64,000 nt of DNA from an uncultured Bdellovibrionales bacterium. Its GTDB lineage: Bacteria > Patescibacteriota > Minisyncoccia > Moranbacterales > UBA1568. The notes under the pieces were generated by a model. The model was not told the origin of the DNA, searched no databases, and saw only the letters and a program-made list of their open reading frames with translations. How positions within the stretch are numbered: position 1 is the first letter of the stretch; the number at the start of each line of letters is the position of its first letter. The position numbers and the translations under genes were made by a program. Shown here in pieces: positions 48,110 through 58,045 of the stretch. The DNA is taken from assembly GCA_964612055.1 (NCBI GenBank), contig CAZTBI010000002.1:163529-227528 (forward strand). The letters run 5' to 3'.

Positions 48110-48706
48110 TTAGGCGAGAGAATTTCCTACCAAGGCTAACACTTTTTCCTTGTCCTGAGAAGAAAGAAGTTTACCAAGCTTCTCAATGGATGACTGGAGA
48201 AATCCGCGAATGAGAAGTTCTTCAGCTTGATTACGGGAAAGGCCTCGCGTTTCAGCAAAGAATAATTGCTCCTGGCTGAGAGGGCTGGTGGTGGCAGCAT
48301 GATGACAGCGGACATCGTTGTTCAAGATTTCCAGTGTTGGCGCAGAGGAAGCGCGCGCTTCTTCTGAAAGGAGGAGATTCCGGTTTTCCTGTGAAGCATC
48401 GGAGAGAGGTGCGTCCTTAGAAATGTGGATAGTGCCTTGATAAGCGAAGGAAGCCTGGTCGTTCAGAATACTTTTCACCAGGACGTGGGATGCGGTGCGC
48501 GGAGAAAGGTGTTTTTGGTTGATGGTAAGAATTTTTTTGGCGTCATTTTTACCAGTGAAAAAAGCAAAGACATGCGCTTCCGCACCTGTCCCTCTCAGTT
48601 CAAACGTTATTTCTCCATCGCGATTCCACATGAAAAAAACAACCTGCTCGTTTTCTGTGAGGGTGTAGAGGCTTTTCGTGTCAGTTGAGATATCGATGAA
48701 GCGCAT
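48110..48706 (-). CDS. sufD: SufD (short form)
   Basis: NLLLS, P.LEI..NDV.C.H, RGL. Confidence 0.85.
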   Translation of the reverse strand: MRFIDISTDTKSLYTLTENEQVVFFMWNRDGEITFELRGTGAEAHVFAFFTGKNDAKKILTINQKHLSPRTASHVLVKSILNDQASFAYQGTIHISKDAPLSDASQENRNLLLSEEARASSAPTLEILNNDVRCHHAATTSPLSQEQLFFAETRGLSRNQAEELLIRGFLQSSIEKLGKLLSSQDKEKVLALVGNSLA

Positions 48707-48710
48707 AGGT

Positions 48711-50117
48711 TTAGCCGATACTGCCTTTCATTTCCATATTAATCAGGCGATTCAGTTCGATAGAGTACTCAAGGGGGATTTCTTTGACCACTGGATCAAT
48801 GAAGCCATTGACGAGGAGTCCTTCCGCGTCACCCTTGGTAATGCCGCGTGAAGTGAGGTAGAACAGTTTTTCTGCACCGATGCGCTCCACAGTCGCTTCA
48901 TGAACGATCTCGGCACTTTTTTCATTGATGCGCATTGTGGGGTAGGTATCGGATCGGGAATGCTCATCAAGAAGGAGAGCATCACAGACGACGGAGGCCT
49001 TGGCGTTGGTAGCACCCGAAGCGATGTGGACGAGACCGCGGTATGAAGTACGACCACCATCTTTGGAGATAGATTTTGAAACGACGCGAGAAGTAGTGTC
49101 AGGAGCGAGGTGCACCATTTTGGCACCAGCATCTTGGTGCTGATCTTTCCCGGCGTAGGCGATGGAGAGGACTTCTCCACGAGCACCACGACCAGCCAGG
49201 TAGACGGCCGGATATTTCATGGTGACTCCAGACCCGATGTTGCAGTCGATCCATTCCATAACAGCATTTTCTTCAGCTCGAGCACGCTTGGTGACGAGGT
49301 TGTAGATATTTTTGCTCCAGTTTTGAACAGTAGTGTAGCGAACACGAGCATTTTTCTTGACGAAAATTTCAACGACGGCAGAGTGCAGTGATGAGGAACT
49401 GTAGATAGGGGCAGTGCAGCCTTCGATATAGTGCACGTAGCTCCCTTCTTCGGCGATGATGAGAGTTCGTTCGAATTGACCAAAGGCTTCAGCATTGATA
49501 CGGAAGTAGGCCTGAAGTGGTAAATCAACGCGTACTCCTTTTGGGACATAGACAAAGGAGCCGCCGGACCAGACGGCAGAATTGAGGGCGGCGAATTTGT
49601 TGTCCTGTGGCGGAATGAGCGTACCGAAATATTCTTTTACCAGTTCCGGATACTTTTTTACTGCAGTATCCATATCACAAAAGATGACGCCGAGCTTGTC
49701 GAGCTCCCGATTGACGCTTTCGTACACAACTTCAGATTCGTACTGTGCCGAGACGCCGGCCAAGAATTTCTTCTCGGCCTCTGGGACGCCGATGCGGTCA
49801 TAGGTGTCTTTGATTTCTTGAGGGAGATCCTCCCAGGAATTCGCTTGTTTGTCAGTCGCGCGCAAATAGTAGGTGATAGCATCGAAATCAATCGGCATGA
49901 GATTGGCGCCCCATGTCGGCATCGGTTTTTGTTTGAAAATTTCGTATGAGCGCAGGCGGAAATCACGCATCCAGGCGGATTCCTTCTTTACTTTGGAAAT
50001 CTCTCGGACCACTTTTGGGCTGATACCAGTTTTGGTGCGATGCACCGAAACATTGGGCATGGAAAAACCATACTTGTAGTCATCGAGATCAAGATTTTTT
50101 TGGGAAACTTTTTTCAT
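48711..50117 (-). CDS. sufB: Fe-S cluster assembly protein SufB
   Basis: AQYESEVVY, GQFERTLI, EGCTAP, HEAT. Confidence 0.96.
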   Translation of the reverse strand: MKKVSQKNLDLDDYKYGFSMPNVSVHRTKTGISPKVVREISKVKKESAWMRDFRLRSYEIFKQKPMPTWGANLMPIDFDAITYYLRATDKQANSWEDLPQEIKDTYDRIGVPEAEKKFLAGVSAQYESEVVYESVNRELDKLGVIFCDMDTAVKKYPELVKEYFGTLIPPQDNKFAALNSAVWSGGSFVYVPKGVRVDLPLQAYFRINAEAFGQFERTLIIAEEGSYVHYIEGCTAPIYSSSSLHSAVVEIFVKKNARVRYTTVQNWSKNIYNLVTKRARAEENAVMEWIDCNIGSGVTMKYPAVYLAGRGARGEVLSIAYAGKDQHQDAGAKMVHLAPDTTSRVVSKSISKDGGRTSYRGLVHIASGATNAKASVVCDALLLDEHSRSDTYPTMRINEKSAEIVHEATVERIGAEKLFYLTSRGITKGDAEGLLVNGFIDPVVKEIPLEYSIELNRLINMEMKGSIG

Positions 50118-50120
50118 AGG

Positions 50121-50834
50121 TTACAGTGCTTCGAAGCCTTGTTCTTCAATTTTTTTAGCAAGAGCAGCTTTACCGGTTTTTACGAGCTTGCCATTTTTGA
50201 TGACCATGACTTCATCGGGGCTGACATATTTCAAGAGACGGGTGGAGTGGGTGATAAAGACCAGAGTGGATTTTTTCGGGAGATACTTTTTCAAAAATTG
50301 CGAAATGGTTTTCAAAGCATCGACATCGACGCCGGTATCGATTTCATCGAAGAGAACAAATTGCGGTGCGAGCATCACTGTTTGGAGTGCTTCGAGTTTC
50401 TTCTTCTCGCCACCAGAAAATCCTTCGTTCAGTGAGCGTTTCAAAAGTTCGTCTTTGATATGGAGTTCTTTGGCGTAGGCTTTCACCTGTTTGTGAATCG
50501 TGACGGCGTCAAGCTTCTTTTCGAGGGCGATACGAAGAAGGTCGAAAACAGTGACGCCGGGAATTTCCAGTGGCGTTTGGAAAGAAAGAAACACACCGAG
50601 TTTGGCGCGAGTGTCGGGAGAGAGGTTTTTCAGATTCTTTTCGCCGATGAGAATTTTACTTCCCCGAGAGTAGGTAATATTGGGATGTCCCATGATGGCG
50701 CTCGCCAGGGTCGATTTGCCTGAACCATTTGGACCCATGAGCGCATACGTTTTTCCTGGACGAAACGAAAACGAGATATCCTGGAGGATCTGCTTTTTTT
50801 CTATGGAAACGGAAAGGTTTTTGAGAGTCAGCAT
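50121..50834 (-). CDS. sufC: Fe-S assembly ATPase SufC
   Basis: MGPNGSGKST, NEGFSGGEKK, DE.D.G.D.DAL. Confidence 0.95.
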   Translation of the reverse strand: MLTLKNLSVSIEKKQILQDISFSFRPGKTYALMGPNGSGKSTLASAIMGHPNITYSRGSKILIGEKNLKNLSPDTRAKLGVFLSFQTPLEIPGVTVFDLLRIALEKKLDAVTIHKQVKAYAKELHIKDELLKRSLNEGFSGGEKKKLEALQTVMLAPQFVLFDEIDTGVDVDALKTISQFLKKYLPKKSTLVFITHSTRLLKYVSPDEVMVIKNGKLVKTGKAALAKKIEEQGFEAL

Positions 50835-50837
50835 AGG

Positions 50838-51254
50838 TTAGTGTGAGTGAGGGTGATTTTCGGGGATGAGGCTACTTAAGGTGATATGAGATAAGGTACT
50901 TTCTATTTCTGTTTCCAGTTTGCGCCACACCTCGTTGGTTTGACAGTGGCTGGGCTGGAGACAGGGGAGTGTGCCCTTGATCGGTGCAGCAAAGGTTCTC
51001 AAGGGGCCGTCGAGTTCACGGAGCACTTCCCAAACGTTTACTTCTTCTTTTGGGCGTGCCAAGGTATAGCCACCAGAAGTTCCTTTGGTAGCTTCTACCA
51101 TGCCAGCGCGCCTCAGGTGCTGGAGAATTTTTTCGAGGTAGTCCTCAGGTAAATGCTCGGTCTCAGCTAAGGCGTGAATAGAGACTGGCTTCTCTGCTTG
51201 AGCGAGAGCCAGTACTGCTCGGAGGCCGTAGTAAGCCTTTTTTGATACTTTCAT
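50838..51254 (-). CDS. Rrf2-family (IscR-like) regulator
   Basis: YGLRA, YLEKIL..LRRAG.V...G..GGY.LAR; leads the suf operon. Confidence 0.92.
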   Translation of the reverse strand: MKVSKKAYYGLRAVLALAQAEKPVSIHALAETEHLPEDYLEKILQHLRRAGMVEATKGTSGGYTLARPKEEVNVWEVLRELDGPLRTFAAPIKGTLPCLQPSHCQTNEVWRKLETEIESTLSHITLSSLIPENHPHSH

Positions 51255-51266
51255 ACCGTTTTTATA

Positions 51267-51316
51267 AATTCAGACTCATTAAGTCCGATATTACTGGAAA
51301 CGGGGGAAAATGTCAA
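51267..51316 (-). promoter_or_regulatory. suf promoter with IscR type-1-like operator
   Basis: TTGACA-17-TAATAT; palindrome TCAGACT-CATTA-AGTCCGA (GACT-N5-AGTC core) over the start site. Confidence 0.78.
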
Positions 51317-51389
51317 TGTGGCCATAACATATGGTAGGGGTTTCTTTTTTCCTAAAAACACGCTACACTTTTCCAGTTATACTGAATAT

Positions 51390-52403
51390 ATGTCTATGCA
51401 GCCCTTCTTGGGATTTTGGGGAAAATTGAAGAAGCCAATTTTTGTTTTAGCGCCGCTTGCCAATGTGACGGACGCGGTTTTTCGGGCGCATATTGTGAAA
51501 TATAGTAAACCGGATGTTTTTTGGACGGAGTTCGTTTCGGCAGATGGCCTGTGTCACCCGAAAGGTCGCGAAGCATTGGTACGTGATCTCAAGTTTTCTG
51601 AAGCGGAGCGACCAATTGTGGCGCAGTTGTTTACCGCTCATCCGGACAATATGCGTGAGGCAGCAAAATTGTGTACGGAGCTTGAGTTTGATGGGATCGA
51701 TATCAACATGGGCTGTCCGGATAAGAATGTCATGAAGCAGGGCGCTGGGGCATCATGCATGAAAGATCCTGTTTTGGCGCAGCAGCTTATCCTTGCTGCT
51801 CGTGAAGGCACAGTGGCTGCCGGGAAAGAGCTCCCTATTTCTGTAAAAACGCGTCTGGGGTTCAATGAAGATTCTCTGGAAGAATGGCTCCCGGCGCTCC
51901 TCGAAGCCAAGCCAGCCGTGATCACAATGCATGCTCGGACAAAGAAAGAGATGTCGAAAGTTCCAGCTAGGTGGGAGCGGGTAAAACGGGCAGTCGAAAT
52001 TGCTGCAGGTTCCGGTACACTTATTTTCGGCAATGGTGATGTGAGAGATATCTTTGATGCGGAAGAAAAAGTGAAACAAACTAGTGCCAATGGGGTGATG
52101 CTCGGCCGGGCGATCTTTGGCAACCCGTGGTTGTTTGATAAAGAGAAAAAAGTAACGGTAGAAGAAAAAGTCTTAGCAGCTCTCGAGCACACCAAGCTGT
52201 TTGAAGAAACGTGGAAGGAAACGAAAAGTTTTGAATTGATGAAAAAACATTACCAAGCCTATATCAATCATTTTCCACTCGCCAAAGAACTGCGCGTAGA
52301 ACTGATGAGTTGTCATAGTGTGGTAGAAGTAGAAAAGGTGATAGAAAAATTTCTGACTGAGCATGATGATATTGCCAAGGAGTACGTAACAACTGGTCTA
52401 TGA
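51390..52403 (+). CDS. tRNA-dihydrouridine synthase (Dus family)
   Basis: LAPLA, TEFVS, IDINMGCP, H.RT, GNGD, M.GR; start 51390 or 51396. Confidence 0.93.
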   Translation: MSMQPFLGFWGKLKKPIFVLAPLANVTDAVFRAHIVKYSKPDVFWTEFVSADGLCHPKGREALVRDLKFSEAERPIVAQLFTAHPDNMREAAKLCTELEFDGIDINMGCPDKNVMKQGAGASCMKDPVLAQQLILAAREGTVAAGKELPISVKTRLGFNEDSLEEWLPALLEAKPAVITMHARTKKEMSKVPARWERVKRAVEIAAGSGTLIFGNGDVRDIFDAEEKVKQTSANGVMLGRAIFGNPWLFDKEKKVTVEEKVLAALEHTKLFEETWKETKSFELMKKHYQAYINHFPLAKELRVELMSCHSVVEVEKVIEKFLTEHDDIAKEYVTTGL

Positions 52404-53488
52404 AGATTGCGGTTTTGGTATCAGGCGGGGTGGATAGTTCCGTGGCGCTGCGGCTTCTCAAAGATGAGGGGCACGAACTGACCGCTTTTTACCTGAAAAT
52501 TTGGTTGGAAGACGAGCTTTCTTTCTTGGGTGAATGTCCTTGGGAGGAAGATCTCGCCTATGTGCGGGCCGTCTGCGAACAGGCGGAGGTGCCGCTCGAA
52601 ATTGTGCCGTTCCAGAAAGAATATTGGGAGCGTGTGGTTTCGTATACGGTCAATGAAGTGAAGGGGGGTCGCACACCAAATCCAGACATGCTTTGCAATG
52701 CTCGCATCAAATTTGGTGCTTTCTATGAGTACATCGCTGACAAGGGCTTCGATAAGATTGCGACCGGGCATTATGCTTGGACAGACCCGATCTTGCTAAG
52801 CCAAGCCGAGGCAGGAGAACAAGAGAACAAGACGCTTCTCAAAATGTCGCCCGATCCGATCAAGGATCAAACATACTTTCTTTCGCAGCTCTCTCAAGAG
52901 CAAGTAAGTAAAGCACTGTTTCCTATTGGCAATTTAGAAAAAAGTGAAGTACGAAAGTTAGCCGAGAAATATAACCTCCCCAATGCCAAGCGTAAAGACA
53001 GCCAAGGGATTTGTTTCTTAGGAAAAATTCCATTTGATAAATTTCTCGAGTATCATCTCGGGAAAAAACCAGGGAAATTAATCGAGTATGAAACAGGAAA
53101 GATTTTAGGTGAGCACGATGGTTTCTTTTATTACACCGTCGGCCAAAGGCGCGGTATTAAACTTTCTGGTGGGCCATGGTATGTGGTGAAGAAGGATCCT
53201 GGAAAAAATGAAATCTTTATTTCACACGGCGATCATCACGAACTTCTGGCACGTGACGTCTTTACTGTGGGAGCGCTTAACTGGATTGCTGGTGAGAAAC
53301 CAGAAAAGACAGAGCTTTTGGTTAAGATTCGTCATGGAGAAAAAATGTATCCGGCTGCTGTTGAGTACTTGGAAAATGGAAATGTAAAAGTTGTCCTCAA
53401 AGAAAAAGACCCTGGCGTTGCCGAGGGTCAGTTTGCCGTCTTTTACGACGACACTGTCTGTTTGGGCGGTGGAGTGATCGCGTCATGA
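52400..53488 (+). CDS. mnmA: tRNA 2-thiouridylase
   Basis: SGGVDSS, TPNPD..CN, ATGHY, KDQTYFL, DSQGICF. Confidence 0.96.
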   Translation: MKIAVLVSGGVDSSVALRLLKDEGHELTAFYLKIWLEDELSFLGECPWEEDLAYVRAVCEQAEVPLEIVPFQKEYWERVVSYTVNEVKGGRTPNPDMLCNARIKFGAFYEYIADKGFDKIATGHYAWTDPILLSQAEAGEQENKTLLKMSPDPIKDQTYFLSQLSQEQVSKALFPIGNLEKSEVRKLAEKYNLPNAKRKDSQGICFLGKIPFDKFLEYHLGKKPGKLIEYETGKILGEHDGFFYYTVGQRRGIKLSGGPWYVVKKDPGKNEIFISHGDHHELLARDVFTVGALNWIAGEKPEKTELLVKIRHGEKMYPAAVEYLENGNVKVVLKEKDPGVAEGQFAVFYDDTVCLGGGVIAS

Positions 53489-53995
53489 GACCTTGAGGCC
53501 GTGTTGCGTTTGCTCCTGCAGCCAAGTATGCACGATCTCGTATGAAGCGGCGATACGAAGGCCAAGGTCACTTGCTTTGTCAATCGGGCGCCCCGTTGAT
53601 TTGAAAAGCATGTCGGGATCATCCGATACCACCAGCTTGCTTACCTCGAAGTACAGACCCCTCGATTCCGAGTACTGGTTGCAGAGTTCGGTGTCTCGGC
53701 CAGCGCCATTGAATCCGAGCTCTCCTTGGAGTGAAACTGCGAATTGCAGCAGTCTGGTTTGTTGGATGGCGGCATGCTGTTCAGCCAGTCGTTTCATGAG
53801 CTTGAGGAGCCAATCAGGATTCATCAGATATAGATGCCCCGGCTCTCGCAGGAGTTCCACACGAGGTGCTTGCGAGAAACGTAAAGGGATGCGCCGCTCT
53901 TCCAGAATCAGTGGAAGCTTGATCGTTGCGGTAAGCGAATAGTGATCAGGCGCCACGAGTTCGTGGAGGACTGTAGGAAACAGGCCGGATTTCAT
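53483..53995 (-). CDS. Orphan hypothetical protein (cassette-like)
   Basis: SD AAGGAG before ATG 53995; 5' hairpin TCATGCC..GGCATGA; promoter TTGACA-18-TACACT at 54054-54083. Confidence 0.65.
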   Translation of the reverse strand: MKSGLFPTVLHELVAPDHYSLTATIKLPLILEERRIPLRFSQAPRVELLREPGHLYLMNPDWLLKLMKRLAEQHAAIQQTRLLQFAVSLQGELGFNGAGRDTELCNQYSESRGLYFEVSKLVVSDDPDMLFKSTGRPIDKASDLGLRIAASYEIVHTWLQEQTQHGLKVS

Positions 53996-54076
53996 GATGC
54001 GCTCCTTGGGTGAGAGGTACCAGGATTTCATGCCTGGCTGGGCATGATAGGGCAGTGTATAATGAGGAGAACTTCT

Positions 54077-55057
54077 ATGTCAATTCGCAAGGAAAAGATC
54101 CAATTTTTTGAAAAACATCTTGATGACTTTTTCCGCAAAGCGGGGAGGGTAGAACTACCGTGGCGCAAGAAGAAGATCACGGCCTATGAAGTCTGGGTAT
54201 CGGAAATCATGCTCCAGCAGACCCAGGTCGTCCGGGTAGTCGAGTATTACAAGAAATTCCTGAAGCGTTTCCCGAGAGTTGAAGATCTGGCCAAGGCTTC
54301 CTGGGAAGAATTTCTACCATACTACCAAGGACTTGGTTACTACGCTCGTGGTCGCAATATGCTCAAAGCGGCTCAGAGAGTGGTCGGGGAGTATGGCGGG
54401 AAGTTTCCTTGTGACAAGAAAGCGCTTGAAACCCTGCCCGGTGTCGGTCCGTATACCGCTTCCGCTGTCATGAGCTTTGCTTATGGAGAGGATCACCTGG
54501 CTTGGGATACTAATTTGAAGCGGGTAATCGGACGTTTCTTCTATGGTGGCAAGCATTTAGTGGAGGATGAAGTATTCTGGGAGGATAAATTCTCCTTTCC
54601 CAAAAAAGAGATGAATGCGGCACTTATGGATTTTGGGAGCGCGCTTTGTGTTGCACGACCAAAATGCGAAGCCTGTCCGGTACAGAGTCGCTGTATCTAC
54701 TATAAGGAGCATGGGAAGCAAGAGGCAGTAAACAAAAAGCAGTCGACAAGAAGTCGGGTGGATTGGCGAGAGGCTCAGGTAAAGTTGTTTCTTCATGAGA
54801 ATCACAAGCAGTATTTTTCTTCGAATACTAAACAGTTTCAGCCGTTTGTTTTACCAGCTGGTTACAATACACGCGCCGGGATTAAGAAGTATTTTCTTGA
54901 AAAATACGGACTGACGCTCTCGGTGCGGCCGCCACACAAGCGAACGGTCGTTTCTGGAAGACCGACGCTTTTGGTTAATGCTCAGATACTCCTTGGTATG
55001 CCGAAATTTGCCTCATTTTCGAAAAGTGCCTTCGAAGAGTATAATAGAAAGAGTTAA
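54077..55057 (+). CDS. mutY: A/G-specific adenine glycosylase
   Basis: LPWR, VSEIMLQQT, GLGYY, LPGVGPYTA, Fe-S CxxxxxxCxxCxxxxxC. Confidence 0.93.
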   Translation: MSIRKEKIQFFEKHLDDFFRKAGRVELPWRKKKITAYEVWVSEIMLQQTQVVRVVEYYKKFLKRFPRVEDLAKASWEEFLPYYQGLGYYARGRNMLKAAQRVVGEYGGKFPCDKKALETLPGVGPYTASAVMSFAYGEDHLAWDTNLKRVIGRFFYGGKHLVEDEVFWEDKFSFPKKEMNAALMDFGSALCVARPKCEACPVQSRCIYYKEHGKQEAVNKKQSTRSRVDWREAQVKLFLHENHKQYFSSNTKQFQPFVLPAGYNTRAGIKKYFLEKYGLTLSVRPPHKRTVVSGRPTLLVNAQILLGMPKFASFSKSAFEEYNRKS

Positions 55058-55068
55058 GAATCTTCACT

Positions 55069-56130
55069 ATGCAACTGCGCTCACTCAATGTCTCCTTTTT
55101 CTTCTTTCTGTTCCTCGCTGTGGGCGTGGCGGTTTTTTTCATCTTTCAGCCGTTTCTCACTGCCATCGTAGCCGCCGCTATCTTGACGGCACTTTTCAAG
55201 CGACCCTATCATTGGTTTGAGCATATTATGCGTGGGCATCGGGGAGCGAGCGCTTTCCTCACCTGTCTTCTTGTCATCGCTATCATCGTGACGCCACTTT
55301 TTTTGGTCTTGAGCCTGGCGATAAGTGAAGCGAGTAACTTGTACTCTCTCCTTGCTCAGGAATCGGTACTCCAAACATCGATTGAAAAGATTCTGAGCGC
55401 AGTAAAGAGCGCTCCCTATGCGAACGTGTTTCTCGATACAGCGGCCTTTGATCAGGAGCGTATCGTATCTGATATCAAGAACTTGAGTCAGAATGCTCTT
55501 GGACTCCTTCAGGCAGCGTACCAAGGAGTGACTCATTTCATTTTCTGGGTCTTCATCATGTTCTTTACCTTATTCTATTTCTTGATTGATGGTAAGAAGA
55601 CGCTTCGAGCTCTCATGGAGCTTTCTCCGCTTAAGAACGAGCACGACAAACTATTGGTTGAAAAATTCATTTCTATCAGTCGTGCGACGCTTAAGGGAAC
55701 TATCGTGGTGGGAGTGATTCAAGGACTTCTCGGCGGGATAACGTTCTGGATTGCTGGTATTCCATCGCCTGCTATCTGGGGATTAGTGATGATTCTCTTC
55801 TCTATCATCCCGATGATTGGTTCGACGATGATTTGGTTCCCAGCGGGACTTATCATGCTTTTTCTCGGAGATGTCTGGCAGGGCATTTTCATCCTCTCTG
55901 TTGGCCTCGGTATCATATCGGTCATTGATAATATTTTGCGCCCGAAACTGGTTGGCAAGGATACGCAGATGCACCCGCTCCTTGTTTTCTTTGCTACTTT
56001 GGGAGGCATCGCCTTTTTCGGACTACCAGGATTTGTGATTGGCCCGATCATCGTTTCCCTTTTCATGGCCCTAAGTGAGATCTACAGTATTGAATTCCGC
56101 GATCAACTGAAAGAATACAACGAGCAGTAG
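55069..56130 (+). CDS. AI-2E family transporter
   Basis: FYFLIDG, IP.IGS, DNILRPKL, G..GFVIGP. Confidence 0.92.
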   Translation: MQLRSLNVSFFFFLFLAVGVAVFFIFQPFLTAIVAAAILTALFKRPYHWFEHIMRGHRGASAFLTCLLVIAIIVTPLFLVLSLAISEASNLYSLLAQESVLQTSIEKILSAVKSAPYANVFLDTAAFDQERIVSDIKNLSQNALGLLQAAYQGVTHFIFWVFIMFFTLFYFLIDGKKTLRALMELSPLKNEHDKLLVEKFISISRATLKGTIVVGVIQGLLGGITFWIAGIPSPAIWGLVMILFSIIPMIGSTMIWFPAGLIMLFLGDVWQGIFILSVGLGIISVIDNILRPKLVGKDTQMHPLLVFFATLGGIAFFGLPGFVIGPIIVSLFMALSEIYSIEFRDQLKEYNEQ

Positions 56131-56131
56131 T

Positions 56132-56971
56132 ATGATTGACTGGTGGCAACATTTGTTAGGGCACATCGATCCGATCGTTTTTACGGTCGGTTTTCTTTCC
56201 CTGCGGTGGTATGCGCTTTCTTGGTTGATCGGGTTCTTCCTCTCTTTTCTCTTTGCAAAAAGATGGCTTAAAGAGTGGGGAGTGAGTTTGAAGGAAGAGG
56301 CATTATTTGATCTTTTTCTCGTTTTATTTCTCGGGGCCATCGTAGGTGGGCATCTCGGATATGCTTTTCTCTATCGACCGGAACTCCTCTTTCTCGACCC
56401 ACTCGGTTTTTTCTGGCCCTATGACCATGAGGCAGGAGCGTGGACAGGGATAGCGGGTATGAGTTTTCATGGTGGGGTAATCGGTGTTGCTTTCGCGCTG
56501 TTTCTTTTTGCTAAGAGATACCAACAGGATTTTTTTCGTCTGGCTGACTTGGTTGTTTTTTCGGCGCCGGTAGTGCTTTTTCTTGGTCGTACTGGAAATT
56601 TCCTCAATCAAGAACTTCCAGGTCGTGTCACGGAAGTCTTCTGGGGGATGTATTTCCCTGGTATGTTCCCAGAGGGGGCGCTTCGTCATCCATCGACTCT
56701 GTATGAAGCCTTGGGTGAGGGCATAATACTCCTCCTTTTTCTTTTCTTGATTCGGCGTTCTCTTAGGATTCCGGGTCAGTTGGCGAGTTTTTTTCTGATA
56801 GGATATGGCGTAATTCGTTTCAGTCTCGAGTATTTCCGTGAACCCGATCCGGGCGTGGCGCTTTTGTTTACACTGACGCGTGGGCAAATTCTCTCGGTTT
56901 TTCTCGTTGGTTTCGGGGTTCTTCTCTTTGTGTGGCTTACAAGAAAAAATCGTGGTAAAATAGGCGTGTAA
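56132..56971 (+). CDS. lgt: Prolipoprotein diacylglyceryl transferase
   Basis: RWY, GMSFHGG, GR.GNF.NQE..GR, RHPS.LYE, RF..EYFREPD. Confidence 0.95.
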   Translation: MIDWWQHLLGHIDPIVFTVGFLSLRWYALSWLIGFFLSFLFAKRWLKEWGVSLKEEALFDLFLVLFLGAIVGGHLGYAFLYRPELLFLDPLGFFWPYDHEAGAWTGIAGMSFHGGVIGVAFALFLFAKRYQQDFFRLADLVVFSAPVVLFLGRTGNFLNQELPGRVTEVFWGMYFPGMFPEGALRHPSTLYEALGEGIILLLFLFLIRRSLRIPGQLASFFLIGYGVIRFSLEYFREPDPGVALLFTLTRGQILSVFLVGFGVLLFVWLTRKNRGKIGV

Positions 56972-56986
56972 CCTCAAAACAAACGC

Positions 56987-57940
56987 ATGTATTCTTTGCA
57001 ATCGTCTTTGGCTGAGCGAGAGAGAAAAAAGAGACCAACGCTCGATATTGCTACTCCCAGAAAATCTTCCTTCTCTCCACTGAGCGTCCCACTTACTTTT
57101 TCGGAAAAAAGACAGAATCTTCCTCAAAGAAAGAGGCTGGATGGTCTTGTTCGTGAGCGTTCCTTTCTGGAAGAGTTGAAAAATCGCCCTTGGCAGGAAA
57201 GTGCTAAGCGTTTTTGGCGTCGGGCAGAGATTTCTTTTCGTCGAATCAAGCGTCTTTCATCGAGCGTGATGCCGAGTTTTTCTCCGCACAAGATGCTCTA
57301 TGGATCAATTGTGGGCGGTATCGCTTTCGGTATGGTGAGTATGGCCTTTATGGAACACTACTTCGGACCTGGAGTTTTTGCTCGTTCTGAAGCGCCAGTG
57401 GTCGTGAATCAGGTTGGTCCAGAGCCTTCACTCACTCAGGCATCACCGAGTGGGGAAACAGGAGCTTACGATCCCGGACAGGATGTTTTCTTTGAATACT
57501 TCGGGCAGGTGACTAAGGAGAAGTATGAAGAAAGTATCCGTGACATGGTGAAGGGGTATCCGATTGAAGCGATGTTGCCGTATATTTTCAAGCAAGATCG
57601 TCTTACGGCAGCCTTTTTGGTTGGTATCGCGAAAAAGGAGAGTAATTGGGGAAAGCGTATTCCAGTGCTTGATAACCAAGACTGTTTCAATTACTGGGGC
57701 TATCGTGGTGTCCGGCGCATGATGGGTACTGGCGGACATACCTGCTTCAATAGCCGGGAAGATGCCGTAGAAACGGTAGCGGCGCGTTTGAATAGACTGA
57801 TTCAATCCGAGAAACTCGATACTCCGGAGAAGATGATCATTTGGAAGTGCGGCTTCAGCTGCCAGGGACATAGCCGGGAGAGTGTGAAAAAGTGGATTTC
57901 CGACGTCGACATGTACTTCTCACAATTGAGTGACGAATAG
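56987..57940 (+). CDS. Membrane-anchored lysozyme-like protein (paralogue 2)
   Basis: IAKKESNWGKRIP..DCFNYWGYRG..WKCGFSC. Confidence 0.6.
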   Translation: MYSLQSSLAERERKKRPTLDIATPRKSSFSPLSVPLTFSEKRQNLPQRKRLDGLVRERSFLEELKNRPWQESAKRFWRRAEISFRRIKRLSSSVMPSFSPHKMLYGSIVGGIAFGMVSMAFMEHYFGPGVFARSEAPVVVNQVGPEPSLTQASPSGETGAYDPGQDVFFEYFGQVTKEKYEESIRDMVKGYPIEAMLPYIFKQDRLTAAFLVGIAKKESNWGKRIPVLDNQDCFNYWGYRGVRRMMGTGGHTCFNSREDAVETVAARLNRLIQSEKLDTPEKMIIWKCGFSCQGHSRESVKKWISDVDMYFSQLSDE

Positions 57941-57979
57941 TCAATTTTTGTCCCATCCAGTATTCCAATTTTTGCTTCT

Positions 57980-58014
57980 AAAAAGCCATTTCTTGTGAAA
58001 AGAGTGGCTTTTTT
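57980..58014 (+). terminator. Intrinsic terminator
   Basis: AAAAAGCCATTTCTT...AAGAGTGGCTTTTTT. Confidence 0.75.
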
Positions 58015-58016
58015 CA

Positions 58017-58045
58017 TTGACGTTTAGGGAGGAATCTGCTATTCT
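58017..58045 (+). promoter_or_regulatory. Sigma70 promoter
   Basis: TTGACG-17-TATTCT with TG extension. Confidence 0.7.

Noticed and set aside
47204-48139. Long antisense ORFs (e.g. 47204-48139, 34049-34912, 56324-57127, 830-1462)
   Set aside because: Shadow frames opposite well-supported genes, with no motifs or expression signals
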